Positions 1 through 13,708 of a stretch of DNA of 64,000 nucleotides are shown here, in pieces. The notes under the pieces are model-generated. The model was not told where the DNA came from. It saw only the letters and a program-made list of their open reading frames with translations, and searched no databases. A program made the position numbers and the translations under genes. This DNA comes from Eledone cirrhosa (taxonomy: Eukaryota), in NCBI GenBank assembly GCA_964016885.1, contig OZ024742.1, forward strand, positions 78,368,001-78,432,000, read 5' to 3'. The stretch's first letter is position 1, and every line of letters starts with the position of its first letter.

Positions 1-634
1 ATATCTCCTAGATATTATATATGTTTAGAAATCTATGTACATTAGAATGTTATTGCTTGTATTGAAGTTTAATATAAATTCATTAATAATATTGATCAAC
101 CTAAGATTTTCAGCTGTGTTAGAGTAACATTAGAACTGTTGAAGAAATAATATATGCTTATTGTAGAAGAAACTATGGTCATCTTCGCAAATATTATTTT
201 AGTGTAATTACGAAAATACGTTTTGGAGGAACATAGTGTGTTTTAAAAAGGTTGTTCATAATCGCAAATATGAAATGTGATTAAAATGTTCGATTCACAA
301 TCACCTTATACTAAATTTAATCCCATTGCTTGGTACGTTAGTGAGATTTGATAAGCATTTTATGATACATATTAGATTGTTTATATCGCTACTTGAGTAT
401 TAAGTAAGTGACCGTATTTAACACAAACATATGGTCCAGGATTACCTTTAACAGTACCCATTCGGTTGCAAGTATTAGGACTAAATCTCCTGTCTGAGGA
501 GAGCTAACACGATATCTTAATAGGTAACTTTGTAATACTGCAATCCATGAGACGTGGCTTCTTTCTCCCTTATTTTCCTCAACAGTCATCTTTAACTAAG
601 TGAGACAAGAATGAAATGGATTCACATAAGTTGT

Positions 635-965
635 AGATAATGGTTGAATGGCTAAAACGTTCACTTCACTGTCATGAAGTTTCAGGTCCGTTCCTAGAGC
701 GATGCATCTCGGACAATTGCTATTACCGTAGCCTCAAAACTTCTCAAATTTTGGTAGTAAAATTCGAGAGACGATACCTGTACAAGCTCATCGGATTGAA
801 TATTTCCATATCTCAAAAGTCCGGTCTTGTTATAAATTGTGTTACGCCGATCCTGCTTGAGAATTCCTTATGAATAAATGTGTCTGTAGAATACTCAACT
901 GCTTACACGCTTACATGAGTCGTAGATTCAGTTGATCGAACGATTGAATGAGCATCGTCGAAAGT
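635..965 (+). mobile_element. Degenerate tRNA-derived SINE, similar to 56076-56345
   Basis: A-box-like TGGTTGAATGGCTAA; body and 3' part (CTTACATGAGTCGTAGATTCAGTTGATCGAACGATTGAATGAGCATCGT) resemble the 56.1-56.3 kb copy. Confidence 0.4.
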
Positions 966-1179
966 GAAGGAGGACCCATCATCAAATAATAAAGTCCCTC
1001 TGATTGATGAATTGTTCAATAAAAAGTTTAACATTTTAGAGCGTACAGAAGTTTAGTCAGTTCTATTTGATTTCCTATCAATTTCGTAAGACATCCACAT
1101 GAAGCTTGTTACATAAAATATTACAGACAATAGAAACAAGCAGCTTTCTCTATGCAAACATATATCTACATATATTCCC

Positions 1180-2700
1180 GCTCTCTGTTCTTTAAACTGT
1201 TTTCCTTTGTTCATAACTCTTCCTTACTCCTCTTGACTTTAGACATTAAATCTATATACAGGGTTAACCTTCATGAACACGGTCGCCGCGCTCTTAATAA
1301 TTATCTTAATTACTACTCGGGCCTAGCACCTTTAATCTCCACCGCCTTACATAGTTAGTATGCACACTTAATTGATTCGCCTTTTACGGGTGAATGTTAC
1401 CAGTAAGTTACTCAGGTGGTCATGGATATTCTGATTGAGCCTAACTACGCTAACTTGCTTGTTTGCTATGATGAGTCCCAAATGTTTGCCTAATTCATTT
1501 GTCTAATCCCGGAACATTATGGCAGATACATCGATGATTGCTGCGATGTCACCTATCGCACCCACGCCTAATTTACCGACTGTCGATTCTTTTTCACCAG
1601 CTCTTATCGACCACCCAAATCATTCCTTGCTTCTACTTCTATTTTCTAGACACCCTCTGACCCCACTCTTTCCAACACTTTGCCTCTTCCCATCTCAATC
1701 CCTCTCAATCATCCATCTCCTACTCACAATCTGTAGTCTTGGCCACCTTTGCAGCAAAGACCAGGATTCTCTGACCAAATCCCACCTAATGGTCCATCAT
1801 GTTCTGTGGCGTGGCTATCCAGACATAACTGTCCAAACATAACCTGCAATATTGACCCTACTTCATTCTTCACACTTTGCTTTTGCCTTACCTTTGACCT
1901 CTTGTACTTCCCTTTCACTTTCTATCCTAAAACCTTACCGCGTCAAGAGTCCATTCTCCGCACTTTCCGCTTCCTTCATTTAAACTCCAGAACTTCTTCC
2001 ATATTCTATAACCGATCAAGCTATCTTCCTTTGAATGAACTTCCAACATGGATGATCTCTTAGACCCTAGCTATCTACTAAACCTATTACCTCTCCTGGA
2101 TCCTTCTCTTGCTCACGATTACGTTATAACACTTGACCTTATATTCGCAACACTACACTCCTTCTTGCTCACAAACAACTTTTATCAGTGACCACAACAC
2201 CTATACCACTAGAAACATCATCTAATGTATTAGTGTCTCATTTTGGTCTCATAAACATTGGAGAGATCGGCCACAGGTTAGCATATCGTTTAACCAAATA
2301 TCTAAGAGACATCCATTTAAATAGCACCACATCACCAACACTTTAACTCACCCATTCATACACTTTCCTACCTCTCACACAGGGGCACACTTTTACAATA
2401 CGGCTCTCCTGTCTCTCGCTATCACAAGGAACAACATCTCATTTTCTTACACGGCTGCTCTCTTTTCTTTGGTATGGATAGTAAAGTGACCTCATCTAAA
2501 TACACTTTAACTCAATCTCATTTTCCACTTACACTTATTACCTATTGGTTCATACTACTATTTAATCCACAACTTCCACCAACCCCACCACCACTGTCTG
2601 CTCTTATTGCGACAGTGTTTGTTTGTCTTCTTCCTGTTCTAACGCCCAAACATCTCTAATTTCACAAGATGTAACAATTTAAACCACAGCTTGCTATCCG
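1180..2700 (+). pseudogene. Decayed Penelope-like element (RT plus GIY-YIG)
   Basis: Translated relics TLDIKSIYRVNLHEHGRRAL (~1235), PNYANLLVCYDE...YGRYIDDC (1439-1541), FPFTFYPKTL...ILRTFRFL (~1910) and SSNV...NIGEIGHRLAYRLTKYLRDI (~2220-2313); many stops. Confidence 0.75.
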
Positions 2701-2879
2701 TTTCAACATTTTTTTCTTATTACTTATTTTTAAACTCTCACGTTTTAACTGTTTTCTCCCTAGAAGACAAAACAATGTCACAATAAGAGCAGACAGGGTG
2801 GGTACAAGTGGTGGATTAGATAGTGGTGTGAACTAATGGAGAATAAGTGGGTGTAGAAAATGAGATGGAGTTAAGAGTT

Positions 2880-3220
2880 ATTATGCAATCATTTCCTTGT
2901 TCTTGTTGAAAGCTGCCCAACCTAGAGTGATGCGATACTGCGCAGCAACCATTCCATTGTTGTTTGAAGATAGTTTGTGACTGAGATATACAAACTCCGT
3001 AACTTGAATAATTTGCTGGTTGTAGATTGTGAGTTGGAGATTGGCATTGTTTTTTATCAGTTGTCATACATTTTGTTTTCAAGATGTTGATGTGTTAGCC
3101 AGCCTCCATTGAATGTTTGGCCAGTACATTCAGAAAGTCTTGCAGATCACTTCTAGAGTAATCCATGATGGCCAGATCGCCTGCATAGCTAAGATTTGAT
3201 AGGATTTTCCCTCCTATTTG
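2880..3220 (-). pseudogene. RTE-type LINE RT fragment (inverted 5' part)
   Basis: Minus strand reads GGKILSNLSYAGDLAIM...DLQDFLNVL...HINILKTKCM (YADD region). Confidence 0.65.
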
Positions 3221-3239
3221 ATAAGACAAGGAAGTACTA

Positions 3240-3680
3240 ACATCAAAACGAGTTTGTAGTGTTATATGGTCTTGACTGTGTTAATTGGACGACAAGATCT
3301 CTTCAGAAGATCTCTACATTCCAGAACCACATCATGAGACTTATGACTGGCAAGCGGCTCAGCGACCGTATCTGTATCAGTGAGTTGCTCAACATTACCA
3401 AACTTAGACCAATTACATCAATTGTCAAGTCAAGAGTACTCAAAATATACGGCCATATAAAAAGATCAACTCGTGGTGTGAGTTGGTTATGCCTAGAAGG
3501 ATGGTTGGCTGGTAAAAGAAGCAGAGGCCGGCAGCTAAAATGATGGCTTGATAATGTCAACTTATGGATTGGACTTTATCTTTATTCTTTAAACTCTGCT
3601 GCTGGTGATCGAAATTTGCGGAGAAAAATATCTCATGTTAATGTGTAGTCTGCAACTGGCAAAGGTTAGCGTCAAAGTAG
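3240..3680 (+). pseudogene. RTE-type LINE 3' fragment
   Basis: ORF 3259-3543 LYGLDC...KIYGHIKR...LEGWLAGKRSRGRQLK*WLDNV matches the RTE C-terminal pattern. Confidence 0.7.
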
Positions 3681-3789
3681 TATGCAATCACTTTGACGTC
3701 TTCAAAATATGTATAACAGGATTGTACAATAAATAGAAGATGTACTTTTAAAATGATTAATGGTCATTGCGTAACTGACTTGCACACTA

Positions 3790-3870
3790 GTTTTATACTG
3801 CGGTTGATTTAATCAATTTTTTCCTTCCCTTTCAAATTGGTGGCCTTGTGCCAAAAGTAGAAACAATTAT
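3790..3870 (+). mobile_element. 3' fragment of the main SINE family
   Basis: GGCCTTGTGCCAAAAGTAGAAACAATTAT tail shared with many copies in the window. Confidence 0.6.
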
Positions 3871-3911
3871 ATATATATATACATACATACATATATATAT
3901 ATGCATATATA

Positions 3912-4124
3912 GGAACGATCGACTTTCGTCAAATCGGACCGAGGGAACAATGTTTCCGTTGGTCTTTCCAATTGCTAATACTATCTATCGGTCGCAACTC
4001 CAGGTAGAAGGAGCAACGTGAAATAAAGTGTCTTGCTCAAGGACATAACGCATCGCCTGGTCCAGGAATCGAACTCACAACCTTACGATTGCGAATCCAA
4101 TTCTCTAACCACTCAGCCACACGC
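3912..4124 (-). mobile_element. tRNA-derived SINE (second family) head
   Basis: Minus strand: A box TGGCTGAGTGG, B box GAGTTCGATTCC, then TGTCCTTGAGCAAGACACTT core. Confidence 0.7.
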
Positions 4125-4271
4125 TATATATATATATTTCAAGGAGAAAAAAATTCGCCAATAGGGGGATGACCACCCAGGGTTCGCTCAGGTACCCCAC
4201 CAATTCGGAACGACCCGACGCTTCGAGAGCACCCTGGAAGGGCACCCCCTCTCCTCCTCAAATTTACCTAC

Positions 4272-7200
4272 CTACAGCCGCATGACCAGAGTAGGCACAC
4301 TCACACAGGCCATTCTCGCCACATTCACCCACCTTTCAGCAAATGTACTGGGGGTGCAGCACTTCTCTCTCCACCCTCAACTTCCTTTCCAAGTGAAACT
4401 TGAAAAAGTTGATGAGGGATTGGCCGAAGAGAAAAATGTCTGTCTTCAGTCCTGTCAACCTCGTCCACCATAAAACCTTTTTCGTTACTGCCACCAGACA
4501 GAGGAAAATTGTGCCCTTCCTGGCAAAAAGAAGGCGGCGGGTCGATCTTCACTATGGACTCGGCCGATAGCCGGATCCGTTCTACACGCGACAACAGCTG
4601 TTTAACATGACTCCACAAGTCAGTAATGCACGGACACTGGACGAGTGCGTGCAGAACGGTTTCGTCGCTCTGCGCGCATCTCGGGCAGGTCCGTCTGACA
4701 GCACTTCCGTGCCTGTAGAGTTTATCTCGAACCGACAGTGCCCCCCGGTAACACTGCCAAGCGAGGGATTTTTGGAAATTATCCATCGTCCCCGGTACAG
4801 ACTGGTTAGTTCGACTTCGTTGACTCTCAGAGCCTCTCCGAGTGCGTCGTCGCACTTGCCCGCCACTAATCCTCTATAGAACTCGAGAGTGGAAGTTCCA
4901 CTGACCGCATTGCCCGCCTGGTAGAGGGCAGTGAGTGCCTGGCAACATTCCAGATGCCAGTCACCCAGTCTCGGTCTCTTCTTGACCCAGGACTGCAGCT
5001 CAGTCAAAGAAACGAGCTGCGGAAAGGCCCGTCTGACAAACGGCGACCAGACGTATTCACCGTTTAGGCAGAATAGCTGGAGATGTCGCAGCCTCAGCGC
5101 GTGCCAGCGCATCATTAGCCGTGGCATGCCCAGCTCTCCACATAGAGGGTGCTGGCAGCAGTTGGACCGCCTCACCAGCGGAATCTGACCCCTCCACAAG
5201 AATTTGAAGAGGAGCCGCTCCAAGATGGCGAAGCGCGAACGGGAGCAAGGGACGACAGTCAGACGGTAGTAGATGACGGACGCGATGTACGCGTTCGCCA
5301 CTTCGGCCCGACCTTTCAGTGATAGCTTCATCCCAGCCCATTTCTGGGTGAGACTGGCTACCCTTCCCGTCACCTCGTCCCAATTCCTATCCACCTGGAG
5401 GTCTGGCCCGAACCAAACCCCTAGCAACTTTACCGGTCCGGCCGTCCAGCGCCTAACGACGCAGTTGGACGCCATGGACTTGCCTCTCCAGGTGCCGAGT
5501 TGCAACCCACCGACTTTTCCGAGTTAAGTTTTGCTCCCGTCAACCTTTCATATTCCTCCAATAAGTTGCCGACCACCTCGATTTCTGAGGTGTCAGACAT
5601 GATCACGGTGATGTCGTCCGCATAAGCCGACACAGCCTTTCCGCGTCCCGGTTCGAGCGGGATGCCCTGTAACAGCTCCAGCTTCCGCAGTAAAGGCTCG
5701 AGAGTCAATATGTACAGAAGGGAGGAGAGAGGGCACCCTTGACGGACCGATCGGGAGACCTGAAACGGTTCCGAGAGGTGGCCATTAATTTTGACAATCG
5801 AGCAGGTGCCGCTGCGCATTGCAGCGATCCAGCTTCTGAAGACGGGGCAGAAGCCAGCCGCCTTGAGGACAGCCTCCAGGTATCGATGGTCGACCCTATC
5901 GAATGCTTTCGATTGATCTAAATTAATCAGAGCCCCACCGAAGCCAGGTTTACACCCTACCCTCTCTATAATGTATCGACTTAGGTGGAGGTTGTCGTAT
6001 ATGGACCTGGTTGGGATTGCGCAAGTTTGCGCCTCCCCAAACAAATCCCCGACGACAAGCACCAACCTCTTCGCTAACACCCTGGCCAAAATCTTAAACT
6101 CTGTGTTGAGCAGAGTTATGGGCCTGAAATTGTCTAATGTGTCCTTCTTGTTCTCGTCTTTCCTTATCAGCGTCACTACGCCCCGGCTCGCAGAACTGGG
6201 AATACTCCCGTTTTGCTGTCAGTTGCAGTAGAGGGCTTCGAGGAGATTGGAGAACAAGTCTGGCATATTTACGTAAAGCTCGTAGGGCAGACCATCCAAA
6301 CCGGGTGACTTGCGCCTCATGCAGCCGACAAGGGCATCCTGAATCTCAGCTGAAGTGATTGGCCTTTCGCAGCGCCCAGCGTCAGCCGTCGAGAGTTGCG
6401 GCAAGCTATCGAGGTAGGGACTGACGTCCACCACCATCTCTGACTCGCCACTTCCCCTGAACAACCGAGCAAAATGTTGGCGAAAGGCCTCACATCCGCT
6501 TGGAAACGCTCAGCTCGTGTCCGTCTCGGTCCGTCAAAGACCGAATCGTGGTTTTATTACCACGCTGCGCCTCTGCCACGCGAGCCCATCGAACAGTTTT
6601 GGTTCCCTCGTTTCTCAGAGCACGCGCCTTAGCTCTGACAATGCAACCTTCATGTTTCGCATTGAAGAATTGGTCTAATGCCATTCTCGCCGCTTAGCAC
6701 GTCAGTTGCAATGCCACTACCAATAGCCTCGTTTAACTTATCTACTAACTCCCCCTCCTTTCTATTTTTCTCTAACGCTACTTCTTTGCTAAACTCTATC
6801 GACATTACTCTAATCTCTCTTTTGAGAGCCCCCCACCATCTATTGTTGACGACTCCCCCTGTCAACTTTTTCTTAACTAAATTGTTCACCTGGTCCCTGT
6901 AAGCCTTACGTGCCGGAAATAACATGTTTAGCTTCCAGTAACCAGGTCCTAACCTACGCGTCTTATCTAGGTCGACCATACAGATCACAAACTTGTGATC
7001 TGAATAGGCGACCGTTTCAAAACGTGGACAGCTTACACTATTTCTGTCTATTTTCCTAATGAATATCCTGTCTATATACGATCTAGATGACCCTATGCGG
7101 TTAGCCCAGGTCCACACTGGCGCATTAGGGAAATCTAGTCGGTATCTGTCAGACAGTTTGAACTGGCTGATCAGATTCTTGAGGCTTTTGCACCCCCCGC

Positions 7201-7675
7201 TCCTATCGAATACTCCCACACAGTCCCAGTGTTGCGTCTAAGATGCCGTTCCAGTCCCCCGCTAACAGTAAAGAGCGAGACGTGCCCAGAAAGGTTTTCA
7301 GGCGTCTAAAGAAGTCCGGCCGTCCTGCCCCAGTAGGAACATAGACGGCCACCAGTCTAAAGGCAGCACCTTCATTATTGTTCACATCCAGGACCACCAA
7401 CTTCCCGTCCGAGTCCCGGAAGATCGACCTTACCTCGAGATCCAGGCCTTTCCTAAACAGCACTGCCACCCCGCCTCCCATTCCCGGCCGGCTAACAGAT
7501 GCAAAGATCTGATAGTCGTCGAAAATGGGGGCTAGAGCTGCGTGTCGGAAATCCTGGTCTCGCTGACTGCAATTACATCCATTTCTATAGACCTGAGGTC
7601 GTTGAGCAGGTGACTCTGCTTCCAGGACTATCCCAGGCCTCGAACATTTAAACATCCTTCTCTTAATACGGCGAT
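4272..7675 (-). pseudogene. Tx1 ORF2 (APE endonuclease, reverse transcriptase, zf-RVT), frameshifted
   Basis: GCLNVRG, AGDWNG, SDHK, SPGLDGLPYE, NFRPITLLN, DQSKAFDRV, RQGCPLS, AYADD and CPRC..DETVLHALVQC spread over several ORF fragments. Confidence 0.92.
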
Positions 7676-7706
7676 GTGGCAGGTTAAAAAGAGAGAGAGG
7701 AAAGGT

Positions 7707-9670
7707 TTACTTACCTTCCAGGCTTTTGTGAAGGTCGGGTTGCTCGACCTCCATAGTTGGTGGGGTTTCTTTTGGGAACCCCTTTAAAAGTCTTGAAGTT
7801 GGTTTTACGTTCGGGATTCCCACGTCCCGAGGAAAGCTGTCTCGTATTTCTTTGTATAATTCGATCGACATTCGCACCAGAACCAAATCTTCCGGCACGC
7901 GAAATGTGCTCGATTTAAAAATTTCCCCCTCTTTTTGTATATTTTCACTTGGTGCTACGAGGGCCATCAGTTCCTTGTTGGCCCTCCTGACGAGCACAAA
8001 GTTTTGTATGTTTTGTTGGTGTGATTTTATTTGTTTGCGTGGTTGTGGTGGTTTGGGTGGTGTTGTTTCGGTTGTATCTGTGTTTGTTGTGAGTGTGGTG
8101 TCTGTGGTTTCAGATGTTTGTGTGTATATTTGTTCTTGCGTCTGTTTCGGTTGTGTGCGTTTGGGGGATTCTGGTGATGGTGATGCTGATGTTGATGTTG
8201 GTGTTATTGGAGATATGTTTGCGTGGGTGGTGTCTGCGTTTTTTATTGTAGGTGCTTTTGTGCTTTGTTGAGTTCTTTTTTTCTTTTTGTGTTTCCTTTT
8301 TTGTATTTTGGGGGATTTTGGATTTCCTTCATTTTCACTACTGTTGAGGGGTCCGTGTCTGTAAGTGTGTCTGTCTGTATGTATGTTTAAGGTTTTATTG
8401 GTCTGTGTATTTTTGGGGGGAGGGGAATTTGACAGCTTTCCTCGTTTCCCTCCTGGGTGGTCAATGTTGGTGGTGGTCTTTCTATTGGTGTTGTTGTTGG
8501 TGGTTTTGCCGGTGCAGGTGTTGGTTGTGGTCCTCGCCCCGGCGTCGGCAGCAGTGGCGCCTTTCGACCCCTTGCCTCTTTCAGCAGTTGAGGGCAGAAG
8601 GCTCGCAAATGGGTTTTTTCCCCACAAACAAAACACTTTTGCCTTCGGTCATCATGTGAATGACAGTCCCATTCTGAAGGCGGATGTGGTCTGGGATTGT
8701 CTTCACATTCTCGGGCCTGATCTGGAGAAGGATCTCCAGGTCAACCCCGGACCAGTCCTCTCTGGCCGTTCTGGTCACTTCTATAGGGACTGTATCCGTC
8801 CCCTCCACAATCACACATCCCAGAAGCCACCACATGTCAAGTCCTGGTGGGATTCTGGGAATGCGGAGACGGGCCGTTCTTTTTCCCATGTGGGAGGGGT
8901 ACATTATGACCTTGCTGGTTTTGCAAGGAGTCATAGCGTGTTTCATAGCGAGGGCTTCTGACTTGAACAACACCGAAATGGTGCCGTACTGTCTGCCCCT
9001 CTCTATGTACTGGGTGTCTTCTCTGATGCACCTCAGCGCGACTTCGACATCTTCTTGTGGGATTAACCCTGCCCTTTTGGTTTGTGCTGAGATGCATCTA
9101 TAATGCACCGTTTTGCGCTCCACTACCTCTATAGCTTCTACCGGGACAGTTAAGTTGGCCCAAGTTTGCTCTTTCTTGATGAGCTTCCATGCCTGGGCCA
9201 ACTTTTCATCTTTGTTTGAGAGGTCCATGTTGAAGCATGGCCTCTTCTTTGCTGCTGCCGCAGCGAAAGTGGTCTTGTTTTCGTTGGGGGTGTTGTTGAC
9301 GTTGTTCTTGTTGGTGTTGTTGTTAGCACTGTCGCTGTTATCATTGTTGTCTTTGTTGCCACCGTTGTTCTCGGTTCAGTTGGTATTGTTGCTGTTGGTG
9401 TTGTCGCTATTTGTTTTCATGTTAGTGGTGTTGTTATTGTTGTTGTATTTGTTATTTCTTTTTTTTGTTATCTGTATTTTCGTTGTCGCTGTTACTGTCA
9501 TTTTTTTCAAAATTAGAGTTCTTATTGGTATCATTGGTGTCTTTGTTTACCTTGTTTGTGGTGGTGTTTGTGTTATCAATGTGTGTTAATTTCGCTGTAG
9601 CGCTCCTCTCAACTTCTACGTCGTTGTCGCACGGCAGCCGACATATCGCTGGGGGGCGTGGCACAGCCAT
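7707..9670 (-). pseudogene. Tx1 ORF1 (gag-like, CCHC zinc knuckle), frameshifted
   Basis: ORFs 8581-9228 and 7707-8636; KCFVCGEKTHLRAFC near 8590-8635; homologous to ORF1 of copies B and C. Confidence 0.8.
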
Positions 9671-9902
9671 GTTTTTTTTTCTTCGTAAATTTTTTAGCAT
9701 GTAAAAAAAAAGTTCAAATATTGGGGCCAAAAGGCCCAAATATTATACTTTCCCCTTCACGGGGCAAAGTCTAAGGGATTATATTTAACAACAAATAATT
9801 TAAACAGGCAAATAAAGCGACTTACTGTGAGCGAGCAAAATACGTCCGCTTAGACCAATAATAATAATAAATATATTTAATAAATATATATATATATGTG
9901 TC

Positions 9903-9929
9903 GAAACGGCCGGAGCTCAGCCGTCAGGG
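9903..9929 (+). ncRNA. 3' half of a hammerhead ribozyme (truncated)
   Basis: GAAA-CGGC-cggagctca-GCCG-TC-AGGG gives stem III and a GUC site; no CUGANGA upstream. Confidence 0.4.
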
Positions 9930-10393
9930 TCCTGACTCTTTTCCTATATGTAACTCTATATATATATGTGTGTGTGTGTGTGCGTGTATAGGGAGAGATT
10001 GAGGGAGAGAGAGAGTGATTGAGGGAAAGAGAATAAGAATACTCTCTTTTTTTCCATTGCCATGAACCTTCTCACCGACATGGACGAATTTTATCTTCAA
10101 TTCTCAATAAAATATTACATAATCTACACATTTATGCTATTTTATTCCTATGTCAAGCTATTGCTAGTATTGCGTATGTATATGTCTGTGTGTATTTTTA
10201 TGCGTGTGTATCTGTATGTGTGTATATCTGTATATGTTTATATCTGTATATATGTGTATGTGTGCGTGCCTGATTGTTTATCTTCTATTCATCGTCTGTG
10301 CCTCTCTTTGTTCAGTATTCTTCTCTATGTATCTCTTCCTCTCTAGCTATTTCTCTTCTTTTCACTCAATTGCAAACTTTATGTTTCAATCAT

Positions 10394-10690
10394 CTACCCC
10401 GTCATGAAAATTAACATTCCTAACAGATGAAATATCGTGGAAATTGATGATTCTGTCAGATCTAGGATCATCAATATTGACAATTTTAACAGATCCAGGG
10501 TTAGCAAAATAACGATTCCTTTTGCTCCACGTTTATCAAAATTACGAATTCTGACAGGTTTACAATTTTGAAAAGTGAAATTTCCAATTGGTTTGAGACG
10601 ACCAAAATTAAATATTCTGGCAAAAACTAATAAAACTCTAAAACCCTGACCCACATTCATCAAATTTAACGAAATTGACAGCTTGGAAAC
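10394..10690 (-). pseudogene. Possible PLE RT N-terminal relic
   Basis: DKRGAKGIVIL...ILD resembles the ADKG..IVI motif. Confidence 0.3.
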
Positions 10691-11149
10691 TGAATGCTAT
10701 GAATCTTCCTGGGTCTCTTCTCCTTTTTTCTCTCTCGTAGTAGTATATTTCGTGAAGGATATTTTCGCTGCTAATTCAACCAGAGTGAATAATTGACCGC
10801 GTAGTGACTTCTGCGTGTGTTACTGTAACTAGATCCAACATACACAGTCTCTGCAGCTACATCATACAACCACTCCTGGAAATAACCAGATACCTTTACA
10901 ATGTTCTGTAACACTCTTAAAGAAGCTTCGTCTTCCTAGAAATAGATTCACATCTTCCTCAAATCGCACCCTCCGTCTTAAAAAGAACGGTTACTTTCAT
11001 TACTGTAGTGCTAGGTGTCCTGTTTCTGAATAAGACTGAATGGATAGGTATGGAACATGTTTGATGATAGGCATGCTCAATAAGAGTTGAGCCACGACAA
11101 CTACGGCAATGACAAGATCAAGCACTACAGGAATAACAATAAAATAGCA

Positions 11150-12330
11150 TAGAATTCGAAAATCAAAACAAACAGAAATTATGAGAAGTCTAAAACTTAA
11201 GATTATAGTAGAATGAATAACATTGCTCGCCGTGCTTTATATGTTTCGTGGACCAATGCCAACTTGTTCCACGGTATCTTTTTCAAACCTTCGGAAGTCG
11301 AACTGACCATACACAACCTACGACCTGTTTCACCATAGATCGTAATAATATTAATGATTGCTTCCTTTTACCATCTTCTCTACTTTTTTAACAATAACCT
11401 TATGTTTTGCCACTTAGTTAGAATCAAGATTTGCTAGATAAAGAACTGCCGTTCTCCGAGTGCTACTTTTTAATCCGAAGCTGTACCATAAGAAAACATT
11501 CACGCCTTGCTTATGTCTGGTTTTGTTCATAGGTTTGAGGTGCGACACCATAATAGCTTGTTATTAGATCTTATCTGCATGGATGTTCCTTTAGTTGAGT
11601 TATGGTATGTCTAATTGACAAAGTGAAAGTCACTTCCTTACTATTAAGCAACCTTGTTTCACTCCCACTGTAACAATGCAACTAAGCAGTGGTGGAGTTC
11701 ATTGGCCTCACACAAATCCTCGTTCTAGTGTGTAGGTAATCTTTCATGCGAGAGAAAATTTCCAAGGATCCAAAATTCTGAGTACTTCACAAATATACGT
11801 CCACGTGTTGAAAGCTTTTGAGGAGTTAATGAAGAACACATATGCTTGCTTGTTCTGCTTCAGCATTCCTCTGGGATCTCTTGGTGCTTTTCCCTCGTCC
11901 GAGCCCACATTGAGTTTCAGCTAAACCTCAATCGTGACCTCCTCATTCGTATTTTTTGTGTGTTTTTTTTACCATTCTAAGGAGTTCATCTTTTTCAGGG
12001 ATGCTATTGATTTATGTGGCATTTTCTTTCCATCCATGAGCTGCCTTAAATGTGTTATGAATGCATGATGCTATTCGTTTACTCTTAATATTTTTACCTG
12101 TTTGTTGTGTATCGTATATGCAAGGATCTTTCCACCCAGAACAAGTAAAGAAACCTTTCAATAGTTCTCGTATACTTGCTTATCCCCCTTATGGAATACA
12201 AGGGCGAATTTAGAATTGTTAATAAGTTCACCTCCTCCATGTTTCCATACTTGTGCAAGAAAGCTGTTAAATCCTTACACTTTCACATTTAAATTATCAG
12301 GTTTCAGCTACACATAAACTACACTTAGAG
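11150..12330 (-). pseudogene. Old non-LTR (RTE-like) RT relic
   Basis: FHKGDKQVYENY*KVSLLVLGGKIL (~12120-12200), YVFFINSSKAF (~11815-11845), KQG motif (~11505). Confidence 0.65.
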
Positions 12331-12560
12331 AATCTTTCATTAAAAATATCTATAGTAATATGCATGTATCTTTTACCATGAAACACTGATGATCTCACAA
12401 CCGAACTCAGCTGATAGGAACAGCATTTCAGAGGTCCATATACATCCCTCACTCCAGCATAGAATCTACACGTATCATTGAAATCAGTAGCAGTTTGCAG
12501 TTCAATAATTTGTTCTCCTTCAACAATTCATATTGCGCGTGTTCTTTTGCAGTTTTCACT

Positions 12561-12895
<335 letters not shown>

Positions 12896-12914
12896 CCTCT
12901 TCATATACAAATAC

Positions 12915-13010
12915 TTAACTTTGCCTTTCATCCTTACGGGGTCGATAAAATAAAGTACCAGTATTACACTGGGTAATTGCTGGCCTTGTGCCAAAAGTAG
13001 AAACAATTAT
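12915..13010 (+). mobile_element. Main SINE family, 5'-truncated
   Basis: TTAACTTTGCCTTTCATCCTTACGGGGTCGATAAAATAAAGTACCAGT...AGTAGAAACAATTAT. Confidence 0.85.
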
Positions 13011-13637
13011 ATATATATTAATTATGTATAAATACTCCTCCTAAAATGGGGAGGTGATTCACAGCCCGTATTGACTGCTATTTCTAATAGCATTTGAGGC
13101 CTGTCATTTTGTCCGTATGTACAAATATTTACCTGGATGGTAGATTTACGCATGCGTACAATATGATCACTTTATCTTTTTATTGCAGCATGCTGGTTCG
13201 ATGCGAGACGGACACAATTTCTCCCAACGAGTATTTGTATCTTCCTTATACCTTACAGATTCCCTCTGATGAAGAATTGCTTAGTTAATGATGGCCATAT
13301 CAATCTATTGGAATTGTCAGATTTATTCTTCAGTTTTCAAACTGCAGTCAAGGAATTTTTAGTCAGGCTTCCTATTTTTAGGTTGCTTGTCTGTGAATAT
13401 GTCCCTAGTGATAGATGCTTGTGAAGTATTTTTTTTTTTAGTGTACTTTACTAGGATGTGCCCTTCAGTGATTTTATACAAGGTGTTGTGTATATATTTT
13501 CTTCTATGGATGATATTTTTTTAGTGACCTCTTTTCATTGAGATGTTAAATATATTCGCGACAAATTGATTAAATATATATAATTATACACACACACATA
13601 CGCGCGCGCGTGTACACACACACACATACACACACAC

Positions 13638-13697
<60 letters not shown>

Positions 13698-13708
13698 AAC
13701 AAATATCT

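Larger units (their letters stand above)
4138..9856 (-). mobile_element. Tx1/L1-clade non-LTR retrotransposon copy A, near full length, disrupted
   Basis: ORF1 with CCHC knuckle and ORF2 with APE, RT and C-terminal Zn motif; 5' end abuts (TTA)n at 9857-9870; 3' UTR ends in (TA)n. Confidence 0.93.

Noticed and set aside
7852-9704. Hydrophobic plus-strand ORFs (and minus-strand equivalents at 22.6-24.3 and 29.5-29.9 kb)
   Set aside because: Antisense shadows of the A/C-rich Tx1 ORF1
13260-13300. CTGATGA as a hammerhead core (also 21200, 42349, 42620 rc)
   Set aside because: No convincing stem II-GAAA-stem III-NUH arrangement with a pairing stem I
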